From an uncultured delta proteobacterium (GTDB lineage: Bacteria; Myxococcota_A; Polyangia; Fen-1088), in assembly GCA_963767925.1 (NCBI GenBank), contig CAVYGB010000008.1, positions 640,001 through 704,000 on the forward strand: a stretch of 64,000 nt of DNA, given 5' to 3'. Made by a program: the position numbers and the translations under genes. Each line of letters begins with the position of its first letter. Position 1 is the stretch's first letter. The notes beneath the pieces were generated by a model. The model had not been told where the DNA came from and did no database searches. It was given only the letters and a program-made list of their open reading frames with translations. Shown in pieces: positions 9,005 through 18,659 of this stretch.

Positions 9005-10123
9005 ATGCGCCCGACCGCTCTTCGCAAGGCCTGCTCGGTTGCCGCCCTGGTCGCCAGCCTGGTGGCCGCTCTGTCGTCCCTGTCGCTCCCGGTGGCCCGG
9101 GCCGCCGAGGTGAACGTCCGGATCCAGGAGACCCCCGCGGCCGCGCAGTTCGCCCGGCAAGCGGGCCTGGACGTGGCGACCCTCGAGGGGGAGGTCCGGC
9201 GGGAGATGGAGAACCTGTTCCAGACCTACCGGGTGGCCGACTACCTGCGGTCCTTCGGCGACGCCCAGGCCTTCGCCAGCCGGGGCATGGGTGTCGACTA
9301 CGTCTCCAACTTCCGGGCGGCGATGGTCGGCGTGGCCGGCAACCTCTCGCTCAACGTCGAGCGCGGGTATCTCCCCCAGAACACGCGCACCCGGCCGCCC
9401 GCGGGGGGAGTCAGCACCAACGCTACCGTCATGGCGGGCGTGAACCTCGACTTCTTCGGCCTGGCCCCCGTCACGCTGTTCGGGAACTACTTCAACCGCT
9501 CCGGTCGGGTCGAGGAGTTCGACGCCGACCTCAGCAACTGGGGCGTCCACGCGCAGGTCAAGCTTTGGGGCGCCCGCGGCGAGGGCTGGCTGCAGACCCT
9601 GCTTCGCTGGGGCGGCGTCGACCTGACCACCGGCGTCGAGCGGGCCCGCCTGCGCCTGGCGCTGGCCCAGGACTGGCGCCGCGACATCCCGGTCGGACAG
9701 GCCGGGCAGACCGGGGACACCTCGCCGGTGGTGGCGGTCAACAGCACGGGGCGGTTCGTCCTCGACATGCACACCTTGAGCGTCCCGATCGAGGTCACGA
9801 CAAGCGTGCGGCTGCTCTACATCCTCGGTCTTTACGCCGGCTTTGGCTTCGACTGGCAGGTCGGGGGCGGCAGCAGCCTGGCCCTCGACCTCGACGGCAC
9901 CATGATCGGCCGCGACGCCAGCGGCCGCCAGCCCGGTCAGTTCGACCTCGGCACCGCCACGGTGGACGCCAGCGAAGCGGTGGATGCCAGCCCGGGCCGC
10001 CTGCGCTGGCTGGCCGGCCTGCAGATCAATGTCTGGGTGCTCAAGGTGTTCGCCCAGCTCAACCTGGCGACCCAGGATCCCGTCATCGCCAGCGTGGCGC
10101 TGGGCGCCCGCGTCGCCTACTGA
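9005..10123 (+). CDS. Secreted beta-rich protein, probable outer-membrane barrel (Lsa36-like)
   Basis: Signal peptide ending ARA-AE, alternating beta-strand pattern, C-terminal VALGARVAY aromatic beta-signal. Alternative ATG at 8996. Confidence 0.6.
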   Translation: MRPTALRKACSVAALVASLVAALSSLSLPVARAAEVNVRIQETPAAAQFARQAGLDVATLEGEVRREMENLFQTYRVADYLRSFGDAQAFASRGMGVDYVSNFRAAMVGVAGNLSLNVERGYLPQNTRTRPPAGGVSTNATVMAGVNLDFFGLAPVTLFGNYFNRSGRVEEFDADLSNWGVHAQVKLWGARGEGWLQTLLRWGGVDLTTGVERARLRLALAQDWRRDIPVGQAGQTGDTSPVVAVNSTGRFVLDMHTLSVPIEVTTSVRLLYILGLYAGFGFDWQVGGGSSLALDLDGTMIGRDASGRQPGQFDLGTATVDASEAVDASPGRLRWLAGLQINVWVLKVFAQLNLATQDPVIASVALGARVAY

Positions 10124-10196
10124 CCCGCGACGAGCCCGGGCCGGAGCGGCGTGGCTTGTCTCGGCCGGGGCGCTGGGCCAGGATGGACCTCGCCGC

Positions 10197-12092
10197 ATGT
10201 TGCCGCTTCGCCTCCGCCTCGTCGTCCTGGGGGCCGCTGCGGCGGCGTTGCTCGTCTGGCCGCTGGGACCCGGCCAGGCGGCCGCGCAGACGGCGCCGAT
10301 GCGCGTCCGGGTGACCCTGCAACCGGACTGCTTCCGGCCCTCGCTCTCGGCGGCCTGCGATCCCCGCAAGACCGGGACGCGCCTTGACCTGGGTCCCCAG
10401 ATCGCCGTCTGGATCGAGGGCGCCGACGGCCGCTTCGTCGACACGGTGCTGGTCACCAACCTCACCGCCCGGCTCGGCATCGGCAACCGGCCGGGACATT
10501 ACCTGCTGCCTTCCAGCCCCAAGTTTCCCTATGGCCGCCGGCTCATGTCCCTGCCGGTCTGGGCCCACCGCCGGGGCAAGCTCTACGACTCGGTGGTCAT
10601 GCAGGACGGCACCGACAAGGAGCTGTGGCTCGGCTTTCACGAGTCGGTCTCCTCGCCCGACCCCTACTTCTGCCGGCCGATGACCTTCCAGGAGATCGAC
10701 GTCGACGCCATCTCCTGTCCCACCGCCCGCTTCAACAGCGCCAAGGGGCGCTTCTTCGATCCGGCGGTGGACCTGGCGAGCGAGCACCTGGAAAACGGGC
10801 AGCCCCGGGACTACGTCCCGCCGGCCCGGGGCTATTACCCGCCCCGCAACGACCTGACGACCTTCACCGAGCTCGACTGCGACTCCGGCCGCCAGCCGTG
10901 CACGGTCAGCGCCCGCAGTTACGCCAGCCTCAACGACCTCGACGCGGTGGCGGCCGCCACCCCCGACTACGGCGGGCCCTTCAGCGAGGTGTGGCGCGTG
11001 CCGGACGCGCTGCCCGACGGCGACTACCTGCTGTTCGTCGAGATCAACAAGGAGTTCGACGAGAACGCCGCCCACCGGCACACCGCGATCGCCGATCCCA
11101 TGCTCCGCGAGTGGGGGTTGACCAACAACTTCGGGCAGCCCTCGGTCGTGTTCCGGGTCCCCTTCCAGCTCGACCGGCGCCGGCCCGTCCAGGCGGCGGC
11201 GACCCAGCTCGCCGGCTACGGCGACTGGGACGGGCGCACCGGCACCCTGCACGCGCCCGACCAGACGATCGGCGACGCCCCGGGTTCGGGCCTCGGCCGC
11301 CTGCTCGTCATCTCCCAGCCCGCGCTGACCGGGGGCACCCCCCTGCGCGGTCGGGTCCACGTGACGACAGAGCGGGTGGGCGCGGCTCCGCCCGCCGACG
11401 CCGGCACCGTCCCGGGCGACGCCGGCCCGGCCGACGCCGGCACCGCCCCCGCCGACGCGCCCCCCGCCGAGGCGCCCTCCGGGGCCAGGGCCTGTCTCCC
11501 GGCGGGCGCGGCGGCCCTGATCGAGGTGGCACCGGTCAAGGTGCTCTCGGAGACCGCCCAGCTCGAGCTGGTCGAGCCGGCCCGCGAGCTCTGGGAGAAG
11601 ACCGAGCACTACGAGGTGCGGGTCTGGTACGGGACCGAGCGCACCCCCGCGGCCTTCGCCGAGGGGTTGCCCTTGCCCCGGGTCAGCCCGGTGCAGCCGG
11701 GCAACCGGATCACGGTCTCGCTGAGCGACCTCAAGTCCGAGTCGCAATACACGGTGGGGGTCCGGCCCGAGGGCCCCTGCGCCGACCCGCCCATCGCCTT
11801 CGCCACCTTCACCACGGTGATCCGCGAGTTCACCCAGCTCTCGGGCTGTTTCATCGCCACCGCCGCCTACGGCGCCCCGATGGCCGTCCAGGTCGACCGG
11901 CTCCGCCAGGTCCGCGACCGCGTCCGGGCCGGCAGCGCGCTCGCTGCCGCGGCCGCCGAGGCCTACGCCCGCTCCAGTCCCCCGCTCGCCGACGCCCTCC
12001 GCCGGTCGGAGGCCGGCCGGGCGGTTGTGCGCACGCTGCTCGCCCCGCTGGTCGAGCTGCTCGGCCAGCGGTCGAAACGCCAGCCGCCCTAG
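10197..12092 (+). CDS. Secreted protein with DUF2271-like region, FN3-like domain and C-terminal CFI-box
   Basis: Signal peptide; PQIAVWIEGADGRFVDT and LPDGDYLLFVEINKE; LSDLKSESQYTVGVR (FN3-like); GCFIATAAYG..VDRLRQVRD (CFI-box-CTERM). Confidence 0.75.
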   Translation: MLPLRLRLVVLGAAAAALLVWPLGPGQAAAQTAPMRVRVTLQPDCFRPSLSAACDPRKTGTRLDLGPQIAVWIEGADGRFVDTVLVTNLTARLGIGNRPGHYLLPSSPKFPYGRRLMSLPVWAHRRGKLYDSVVMQDGTDKELWLGFHESVSSPDPYFCRPMTFQEIDVDAISCPTARFNSAKGRFFDPAVDLASEHLENGQPRDYVPPARGYYPPRNDLTTFTELDCDSGRQPCTVSARSYASLNDLDAVAAATPDYGGPFSEVWRVPDALPDGDYLLFVEINKEFDENAAHRHTAIADPMLREWGLTNNFGQPSVVFRVPFQLDRRRPVQAAATQLAGYGDWDGRTGTLHAPDQTIGDAPGSGLGRLLVISQPALTGGTPLRGRVHVTTERVGAAPPADAGTVPGDAGPADAGTAPADAPPAEAPSGARACLPAGAAALIEVAPVKVLSETAQLELVEPARELWEKTEHYEVRVWYGTERTPAAFAEGLPLPRVSPVQPGNRITVSLSDLKSESQYTVGVRPEGPCADPPIAFATFTTVIREFTQLSGCFIATAAYGAPMAVQVDRLRQVRDRVRAGSALAAAAAEAYARSSPPLADALRRSEAGRAVVRTLLAPLVELLGQRSKRQPP

Positions 12093-13315
12093 GGGTTGCT
12101 GGCGGCGGGGGCGGGGGGCTGGCCCCGGATCCGGGAGCGGGGCAGCAGGGCGACCGAGATGGCGCCGAGCGCGGCCAGGGCGGCCAGCAGCTCGAAGCCG
12201 CGCCGGTAGCTGCCGGTGCTGTCGTGCAGGCGGCCCACCACCCACGGGAAGAGCGCCTCGGCGACTCCGTCGGCGGTGAGGATGATGCCCATCACCCGGC
12301 CCAGCACGGCGGTGCCGAACAGCTCGGCGGCCATGAGGGGGATGATCAGATATTCACCGCCCAGGCCCAGGCCGAAGACCACCACGAAGAGGTAGATGTT
12401 GTTGCCGGTGGCCCCCGCGGTCAGCAGCAACATGGCGCTGGTGACGAGGACGTAGACGATCAACATGACCCGCTTGGCCCCCAGCCGATCGGCCAGCGCG
12501 CCGGCGCCCAGCCGGCCCACCAGGCTCACGGCCGCGATCATCGAGACGATGTTGAGGGCCTCGGATTGGGAGCGTCCCTGGTCGAGGCTGAGCAGCAGCT
12601 TGAGGTGCTGGTTGGCCCCGCCCACCGCGCCGATCGAGGCCATGCTGCCGAGGGCCAGCAGGTAGAAGTTGCGGGTGCTCAGCGGCACCCGCAGCGAGAC
12701 CTTTGGCGCGGCGGCGGTCGTGGGGGCCGGGCCGTCCCCCTCGCGCAACATGAGCACGAGCGGCATGGCGATCAGCACGACGAGCACGCCGAGGCAGCGG
12801 AGGGCGTTGTGCCAGCCCATGCTGGCGATGAGCGGCTTGGAGATCAGCGGGACGATGAAGAAGCCGAGGCCGATGCCGAGGTAGGCGATGCCCATCGCCC
12901 GCCCGCGCGTCTCCTTGAAGTGGCGCGAGAGCAGCACCTGGTTGGGCAGGGGGCCGGCCAGGACGTAGCCCAGGGCATTGAGGGCGTAAAAGACATAGAA
13001 CCAGCTCACCTCGGTCACGCCGCCGAGCCCGAACAGGGCCAGGGTGGCCAGCAGGATGCCGATGATCATCGGCCGCCGCGGGCCGTATTTGTCGATCAGC
13101 CACCCCGCGAGGAACCCGAACAGCGGCCCGATCAGGATCTTGCCGATCATGTTGCCGGAGGTGACGCGGGCCCGGCTCCACCCCAGCTCCTTGACGAAGA
13201 AGTCGTAGTAGAGCGGCAGGCCGTACAGCACCAGGCCGACGATGGCGAACAGGGACAGGAACGCGGTCGCGATCAGCCTCTTACGCTGGGCCGGGGTAAG
13301 CGGTTCGGCGCTCAT
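12089..13315 (-). CDS. MFS transporter (OFA/MCT-like)
   Basis: ELGWSRARV, GWLIDKYGPR, GALADRLGAK, AELFG, GRLHDSTGSY; 12 TMs. Confidence 0.9.
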   Translation of the reverse strand: MSAEPLTPAQRKRLIATAFLSLFAIVGLVLYGLPLYYDFFVKELGWSRARVTSGNMIGKILIGPLFGFLAGWLIDKYGPRRPMIIGILLATLALFGLGGVTEVSWFYVFYALNALGYVLAGPLPNQVLLSRHFKETRGRAMGIAYLGIGLGFFIVPLISKPLIASMGWHNALRCLGVLVVLIAMPLVLMLREGDGPAPTTAAAPKVSLRVPLSTRNFYLLALGSMASIGAVGGANQHLKLLLSLDQGRSQSEALNIVSMIAAVSLVGRLGAGALADRLGAKRVMLIVYVLVTSAMLLLTAGATGNNIYLFVVVFGLGLGGEYLIIPLMAAELFGTAVLGRVMGIILTADGVAEALFPWVVGRLHDSTGSYRRGFELLAALAALGAISVALLPRSRIRGQPPAPAASNP

Positions 13316-13409
13316 GTAAACGACATAACACGGGCCTCCAGGGCCCCCCGCCTGAAAACGACGGGCAGGGCGCCTCCCTGCGCCAAGCCGGAGCCGACCG
13401 CTCGCCAGG

Positions 13410-14783
13410 CTAGTCCCGGGCGAGGATCAGGGCGCTGAGCACCGCGGAGTGCACGACCCAGGTCGGCGTGAACAGCGTCTGGCCGACCCAGAGCGGCTCG
13501 TAATCCAGCCCGGTGGCCGCGCGCGCCTGCTCGATCCAGCGGCCGCCCGCCTCGATGGCGCCCGGCTTCACGCTGCCGCCGGCCCGGCGGTGGCAGGCCA
13601 GCGCTTGCACGCAGTAGGCCGATTCTTCCAGGGTCGAGCGCTCGAAGAATCCCCAGGAGCCGTCGGGCCGCTGCGTCTGCGCGATCCAGGCCACCGCCTC
13701 CTCGGTCAAGCTGAGGTCGGGGCCCAGCGCGATGACCGCGTTGGCCGTCGCGTAAAACGGGGAAGCGTGCCGCCCATCGACCCAGAACGGATCGGTGGTG
13801 GCGGTGCGGGCCAGAAACCCCACCGCCTTCCGGATCGCCGCCTCGCGCCCCTCGAACGGAGGCGCCGCCCGCAGCGCCGCCAGGTGGTGGAGGTGGGCGC
13901 CCACCAGGGGGAACGGCTGGTAGGGTCGGTCGGCGGGAGCCTCGCGCTCGTCCAGGGGACCGCGCAGGCGGGTGGGGTCGGGCTCCTCACCGGCCCAGGA
14001 CAGCACCCGGAAGGCGAGGGCCAGCCCGGCGCGATCTCCCTCGGTCGGAGCCGGCCGCAGGTATCCCGCCCGCAGCGAGGCGATCGCCGGGGCCCAGCCG
14101 CCCGCGCGGCCCGGGTGCTCCGGCCAGGCCAGGGCCACGTTGTGCAGGACCGCGGCTGGCTCGAGCAGGTCCTGCGGGGACAGCGCCGGTCCGGCGCCGC
14201 CTGCGTGCTGGGCGACGATCCCCTCCAGGTGGGCGCGGGCGGTCCGGTCGTCCGGGTGGCGGAGCAGGCGCCGGGCTGTGTCCGCCGGCGAGCGGTCGGC
14301 GGGGCCTGCCCAGGCCTCCTCGTCCGGGTCCACCGTGCCCGCGATCCCGGTGCTGAAGGCCAGGACCAGCCGCCGCCAGCGGGCCTCGGTGATCAGCGCC
14401 GCCAGCCGCCCGTCGAACCCGGGCAGCGCGCACGGGTCGCGTCCCAGGGCCGCCATGTGGGGGGCGATGCCCCAGCCGGCGGCGTGCAGCCGATCGGTGT
14501 AGGCCTCGGCCGCGCCGTTGACCTCGCGCCACTGGGAGATCGCGAGCATCGCCGCGAGGGTGGAGAGGACGCGATCCTGGTGGTGCGCGAGCCGGCCGCC
14601 CCAGGTGCCGTCGCCGTGCTGGTTCCGGAGGAGCCAGTCGATCGCCTCGGGGAAGGCGGGGACGTTGGGGGCCTCGGCCCGGCTGACCCGCGCGACCCAG
14701 GCCGTGTCGTGGGCGACCGGAGCGACCCGGCCTCGGCCCACCTGCGTGACAAGCTCTCGAAGCTCCTCGTGTGGTGTCGTCAC
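13410..14783 (-). CDS. Class II (beta/gamma) diterpene cyclase / copalyl-diphosphate synthase-like protein, degenerate active site
   Basis: AHDTAWVAR (SAYDTAWV-like), QW repeats LRNQHGDGTWG and QTQRPDGSWG, DRVLSTLA, HASPFYATA, TLEESAY, EPLWVGQTLFTP. No DxDD. GTG start chosen downstream of a sigma54 element. Confidence 0.75.
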   Translation of the reverse strand: MTTPHEELRELVTQVGRGRVAPVAHDTAWVARVSRAEAPNVPAFPEAIDWLLRNQHGDGTWGGRLAHHQDRVLSTLAAMLAISQWREVNGAAEAYTDRLHAAGWGIAPHMAALGRDPCALPGFDGRLAALITEARWRRLVLAFSTGIAGTVDPDEEAWAGPADRSPADTARRLLRHPDDRTARAHLEGIVAQHAGGAGPALSPQDLLEPAAVLHNVALAWPEHPGRAGGWAPAIASLRAGYLRPAPTEGDRAGLALAFRVLSWAGEEPDPTRLRGPLDEREAPADRPYQPFPLVGAHLHHLAALRAAPPFEGREAAIRKAVGFLARTATTDPFWVDGRHASPFYATANAVIALGPDLSLTEEAVAWIAQTQRPDGSWGFFERSTLEESAYCVQALACHRRAGGSVKPGAIEAGGRWIEQARAATGLDYEPLWVGQTLFTPTWVVHSAVLSALILARD

Positions 14784-14799
14784 TCTGCCCGCGATGCGG

Positions 14800-14815
14800 T
14801 GCAACCGATGTGCCG
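14800..14815 (-). promoter_or_regulatory. Putative sigma54 -24/-12 promoter for the terpene cyclase-like gene
   Basis: Minus strand reads CGGCACATCGGTTGCA = GG-N10-GC with GGCAC and TTGCA. Confidence 0.6.
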
Positions 14816-15042
14816 GCGATGGGGCGGCCGAGTTGGCGCTTTTTTCGCGGGCGCGCGCGCTCGCTCTGGATCCGGGACCATGGTGCGCCGGCAGCCGATC
14901 CGCAGGCCATCAGGTACGACGAGTAGGCCATACCCGCCCCTTCGCGCAGCGAGACAAGCCCTGGCGGGCAGGAGGCCCGGCTGGCCCAGGCGGCTCAACG
15001 CGGCCATCGACAGCGGAGACCTCCGGGGGTAGCCTGACGGCC

Positions 15043-15936
15043 ATGCATCGCTTCGGCCGACGTCGGTTCGTCAAGGGCGCTCTCGGAACCGCCGCGCTCT
15101 CCTGGTTGAGCCTGCACCATCAGGACCTCGCCCGCGCGGGGATGGCGAGCCCCGCCAGCGCGGCGGGCAAGGCGGTCGGCGACCGGGTCTTCCTCGGGAA
15201 GACCGGGATCAAGCTCTCCCGCCTGGCCATGGGGGGCGGCACCAACGGCGTCCGCAAGACCTCGGTGCAGGGCCGCCTGGGGGTCTACGGCTTCGCCGAT
15301 CTGCTCGAGCACGCCTACGATCAGGGGGTCAACTTCTTCGACACCGCCGACCAGTACGGCACGCACGAGCACGTGCGCGAGGCGGTGCGGCGGGTGGGCC
15401 GCCCCAACGTCGTCCTGCTGACCAAGACCCGCGCCCTCACCGCGGCCGACGTGCGCAAGGATCTCGATCGGTTCCGACGCGAGCTCGGCACCGACAGCAT
15501 CGACATCATGCTGCTCCACTGCATGACCAGCCCCACCTGGACCAAGGAGATGGAGGGCCCGATGGAGGTGCTCTCGCGGGCCAAGGAGCAGGGGATCATC
15601 CGGGCCCACGGCGTCTCCTGCCACTCGCTGGGCGCCCTGCAGCTCGCCGCCCGCACCCCCTGGGTCGACGTCGATCTGGCGCGCATCAACCCCGCCCAGT
15701 CTCACATGGACGCGGATCCGGCCACCATCTTGGCCCTGCTGCGCCAGATGAAGGCCGCGGGCAAGGGCGTGATCGGCATGAAGATCCTCGGCGCCGGCTC
15801 GCTGGCCGGTCAGGTGGATCGCGCCCTGGCCTACGCCGGCAAGCTGGACGTGCTCGACGCCTTCACCATCGGCTTCGCCGCCCAGTCCCAGTTCGACGAG
15901 GTGGCGCGCAAGCTGCCTTCGCTCTCGGTCGCCTAG
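15043..15936 (+). CDS. Aldo/keto reductase with Tat signal peptide
   Basis: MHRFGRRRFVKG twin-arginine leader; LGKTGIKLSRLAMG, GVNFFDTADQYG, LLTK, IDIMLLH, GVIGMK. Confidence 0.9.
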   Translation: MHRFGRRRFVKGALGTAALSWLSLHHQDLARAGMASPASAAGKAVGDRVFLGKTGIKLSRLAMGGGTNGVRKTSVQGRLGVYGFADLLEHAYDQGVNFFDTADQYGTHEHVREAVRRVGRPNVVLLTKTRALTAADVRKDLDRFRRELGTDSIDIMLLHCMTSPTWTKEMEGPMEVLSRAKEQGIIRAHGVSCHSLGALQLAARTPWVDVDLARINPAQSHMDADPATILALLRQMKAAGKGVIGMKILGAGSLAGQVDRALAYAGKLDVLDAFTIGFAAQSQFDEVARKLPSLSVA

Positions 15937-15961
15937 CGAACGCCTGGTGCGGCGCTGACGG

Positions 15962-16840
15962 TCAGTCCCGCCAGCGGCGGGGCATCGTGCGCAGGTCGCT
16001 GGCCCCCAGCGCCTCGCACCAGGCGAGGAAACCGGCCCGGGGCACCCCCCCGAAGCGGAGGTCCTCGAGCGACTCGGCGATGGGACAGGTGTCGACCAGG
16101 GTGGCGAGCTGACGATACAGCAGCGCCTCCTCCCGGTGGGCGGCGAGGGTCGCCGCGAGCTGGAGCGCGCCCCGCGGCTTGACCGTCCACAGGTGGGGCA
16201 GGTCGGGGATCTGCTCCAGGTGGCCGTAGGCCCCGATCAGCAGGCCGGCCCCCTTCTCCCCGAACCCGTCGAGGCCAGGGATGCCGTCGGCGGTGTCCCC
16301 GGTCAGCGCCAGGAAATCGGGCAGGCTGCGGGGGCCGAAGCCGCGCAGCGCCCGGAAGGAGGCCTCGGTGATGGTCTTGCGCTGGCGGCGGTCGATCTGG
16401 ATGACGCGGTCGCCGTCGAGGCACTGGCCGAGGTCCTTGTCGGGGGTGAGCAGGCGGATCTGCTCGACCTCGCCGCCGAAGCGGTAGGCGCCGCTGGCCA
16501 TCCCGTCGTCGGCCTCGTGCTCGCGCATCGACCAGACCGGGATGCCGAGCGCCCGCACCCCCGCCTCGACCGAGTCGAACTGGGAGCGCAGCTCGGGCGG
16601 CACCCCCTCGTCGCTCTTGTAGAAAGGGAAGAGGTCGTTGCGAAACGACCGGATCGGGTTGTCGAAGGCCACCGCGATGTGGGTCACCGCCTCGGACGGA
16701 TCCGACAGCAGGTAGAGCATCGACGCCACCACCCCCACCGTCGCCTTGGCGTCCCAGCCCTCGGGCGCCTGATGCCCCGGCCGCGGCGCAAAATGGGCCC
16801 GAAACAGCTCGTAGGTTCCGTCGACCAGGTGCAGGCGCAC
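15962..16840 (-). CDS. Stand-alone 5'-3' exonuclease / flap endonuclease (PolI N-terminal-like)
   Basis: LVDGTYELFRAHF, VAFD, SFRNDLFPFYK, HEADD, TPDKDLGQ, LTGDTADGIPG..GFGEKGA (H3TH motif). Confidence 0.92.
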   Translation of the reverse strand: MRLHLVDGTYELFRAHFAPRPGHQAPEGWDAKATVGVVASMLYLLSDPSEAVTHIAVAFDNPIRSFRNDLFPFYKSDEGVPPELRSQFDSVEAGVRALGIPVWSMREHEADDGMASGAYRFGGEVEQIRLLTPDKDLGQCLDGDRVIQIDRRQRKTITEASFRALRGFGPRSLPDFLALTGDTADGIPGLDGFGEKGAGLLIGAYGHLEQIPDLPHLWTVKPRGALQLAATLAAHREEALLYRQLATLVDTCPIAESLEDLRFGGVPRAGFLAWCEALGASDLRTMPRRWRD

Positions 16841-16847
16841 GGGACCC

Positions 16848-17981
16848 CTAGCGGTACTTCAGCCCGGTGCCGGTGTTGAACACGACGACCTCGTCCTGCG
16901 GGCGGATCCAGCCTCCGGCGCGGAGCTGCTCGGTGGCGGCCCAGGCGGCGCCCCCCTCGGGGCAGACGTCGATGCCAGTGCGGGCGGCGAGCTGCCCGGT
17001 CGCGGCGGCGATGGCCGCCTCGGAGACCACCACGGCGGTCCCCTGCGTCTCCCGCAGCGCGCGCAGGCAGAGGAAGCCGCCGATGGGGGAGGGGACCCGG
17101 AGCCCGAAGGCGGCGGTGTGGGGCTCGGGCCAGGCGGTGGTGGTGTCGGCCCCGGCCTGGAAGGCGCGGGCGACCGGGGCGCAGCCCTCGGCCTGGACGG
17201 AGACGAGTCGGGGCCGGACCGGCAGCGCCCAGCCCAGCGCCTCCATCTCCTGGAAGGCTTTCCACATGCCGACCAGCCCGGTGCCACCCCCGGTGGGGTA
17301 GACGATGACATCGGGCAGCCGCTGCCCGAGCTGCTCCCACAGCTCGTAGGCCATCGTCTTCTTGCCCTCGACCCGGTAGGGCTCCTTCAAGGTGGAGACG
17401 TCGAACGCGCCGGCGGGCCCGTGCTCGCGCAGCCAGCGGCCGGCGTCGGCGATGGTGCCGGGGACCAGGCTGACCTCGGCGCCATAGTGGCGGCACTCGT
17501 CGGCGAAGATACGCGGGGTATCGGCGGGCATGGCCACGGTGACCGGCAAGCCGGCGGCGGCGCCGTAGGCCGCCAGCGCGCTGGCGGCGTTGCCGGCGGA
17601 AGGGGCCACCAGCGCCCGCGCGCCGGCCGCGACGGCGGCCGACACCGCGGCGGTCATGCCCCGGGCCTTGAACGAGCCGGTGGGGTTGCGCGCCTCGTCC
17701 TTGATGTAGATCCGATCCCCCACCGGCAGCAGGGGGGTCCAGCCCTCCACCAGGGTGATCTCGCCGGCGGCGATCGGCAGCACCTCCCGGTAGCGCCAGA
17801 GCGAGGGGACCCGGCCGGCCAGATCGGCGGCGGTGAGCTTGATGCGATCGAGGTGGTAGTCGACCCGCAGCGGGAGCCCGCAGCTCCGGCAGACGGTCTC
17901 CAGGGCCCGGGGATCGTGAGGGCGCGCGCAGGAGAAGCAGCGCAGGCCGGCGAGGAGCGGGTTGAAGCTGGGGGTCGGCAC
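16848..17981 (-). CDS. thrC: Threonine synthase (PLP fold II, short Zn-ribbon type)
   Basis: CFSC..CRSCG, SLWRYREVLP, EGWTPL, KDEARNPTGSFKARG (PLP Lys), SAGNA, YRVEGKKT, YPTGGGTG, FNTGTGLKY. Confidence 0.85.
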   Translation of the reverse strand: MPTPSFNPLLAGLRCFSCARPHDPRALETVCRSCGLPLRVDYHLDRIKLTAADLAGRVPSLWRYREVLPIAAGEITLVEGWTPLLPVGDRIYIKDEARNPTGSFKARGMTAAVSAAVAAGARALVAPSAGNAASALAAYGAAAGLPVTVAMPADTPRIFADECRHYGAEVSLVPGTIADAGRWLREHGPAGAFDVSTLKEPYRVEGKKTMAYELWEQLGQRLPDVIVYPTGGGTGLVGMWKAFQEMEALGWALPVRPRLVSVQAEGCAPVARAFQAGADTTTAWPEPHTAAFGLRVPSPIGGFLCLRALRETQGTAVVVSEAAIAAATGQLAARTGIDVCPEGGAAWAATEQLRAGGWIRPQDEVVVFNTGTGLKYR

Positions 17982-18038
17982 CGGGGGCGCATGCTGGCAC
18001 GGGGCCCCGCCCCGGGCAACCGCGGGCATAATGTCCCG

Positions 18039-18659
18039 GTGCTCGCGATCTTGCTCGCGCTGGCCGCCGCCCCGCCGCTGGCGGTGTCGCTGACGATCAG
18101 GGTGGCGAGCTGCGCCGACGCCGCCGGGCGCCGCGCCCCCGCCCGCCCGCCCGAGTGGGTCGCGGCCCACGTCGAGGCGGTGCAGGCGCTGCTGGCTCCC
18201 CACGGGATCGCCGTGACCGCCCGGACAACCTCCTTCGCGCCCGCGCGCTGCGAGGCTCTCGGCCGGGAGGACCGCGACGGGTTCGCCGGGGAGGTCGGCC
18301 GCGACGGCACGGTGACGGTGCTGGTGGTCCCGCGGGTGCGCGATCTCGACGTCCTCGATTACGACCTGCAGGGGGTGCACTGGCGGGCGGGCGAGCGGCG
18401 CTGGATCTTCCTCACGGCCCGGGCCCGCCCGCCCGTGCTGGCCCACGAGCTGGCCCATTACTTCGGCCTGCCCCACGATCCCCGGGGGGGCAACCTCATG
18501 ACCCCGGGGCCCTCGGCCCCGATCTGGAAGTCGGCGCGGCCGCCGCGGGCCTACGCGCCCGTCCTCACCGCGCCCCAGGTGCGGCGGCTGCGGGCCGGGA
18601 TCCTGGCGTTTCACTCAGCGCGGAAGGTCGCCGAAGTAGGCGACGAGGTCGGCCGGTAG
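18039..18659 (+). CDS. Secreted metzincin-like (matrixin-type) zinc metalloprotease
   Basis: Signal peptide; HELAHYFGLPH zinc motif followed by NLM Met-turn. Confidence 0.75.
   Translation: MLAILLALAAAPPLAVSLTIRVASCADAAGRRAPARPPEWVAAHVEAVQALLAPHGIAVTARTTSFAPARCEALGREDRDGFAGEVGRDGTVTVLVVPRVRDLDVLDYDLQGVHWRAGERRWIFLTARARPPVLAHELAHYFGLPHDPRGGNLMTPGPSAPIWKSARPPRAYAPVLTAPQVRRLRAGILAFHSARKVAEVGDEVGR

Noticed and set aside
17995..18012. Sigma54 promoter TGGCACGGGGCCCCGC
   Set aside because: The -24 box is good but there is no TTGC, and GC is not at the N10 spacing.
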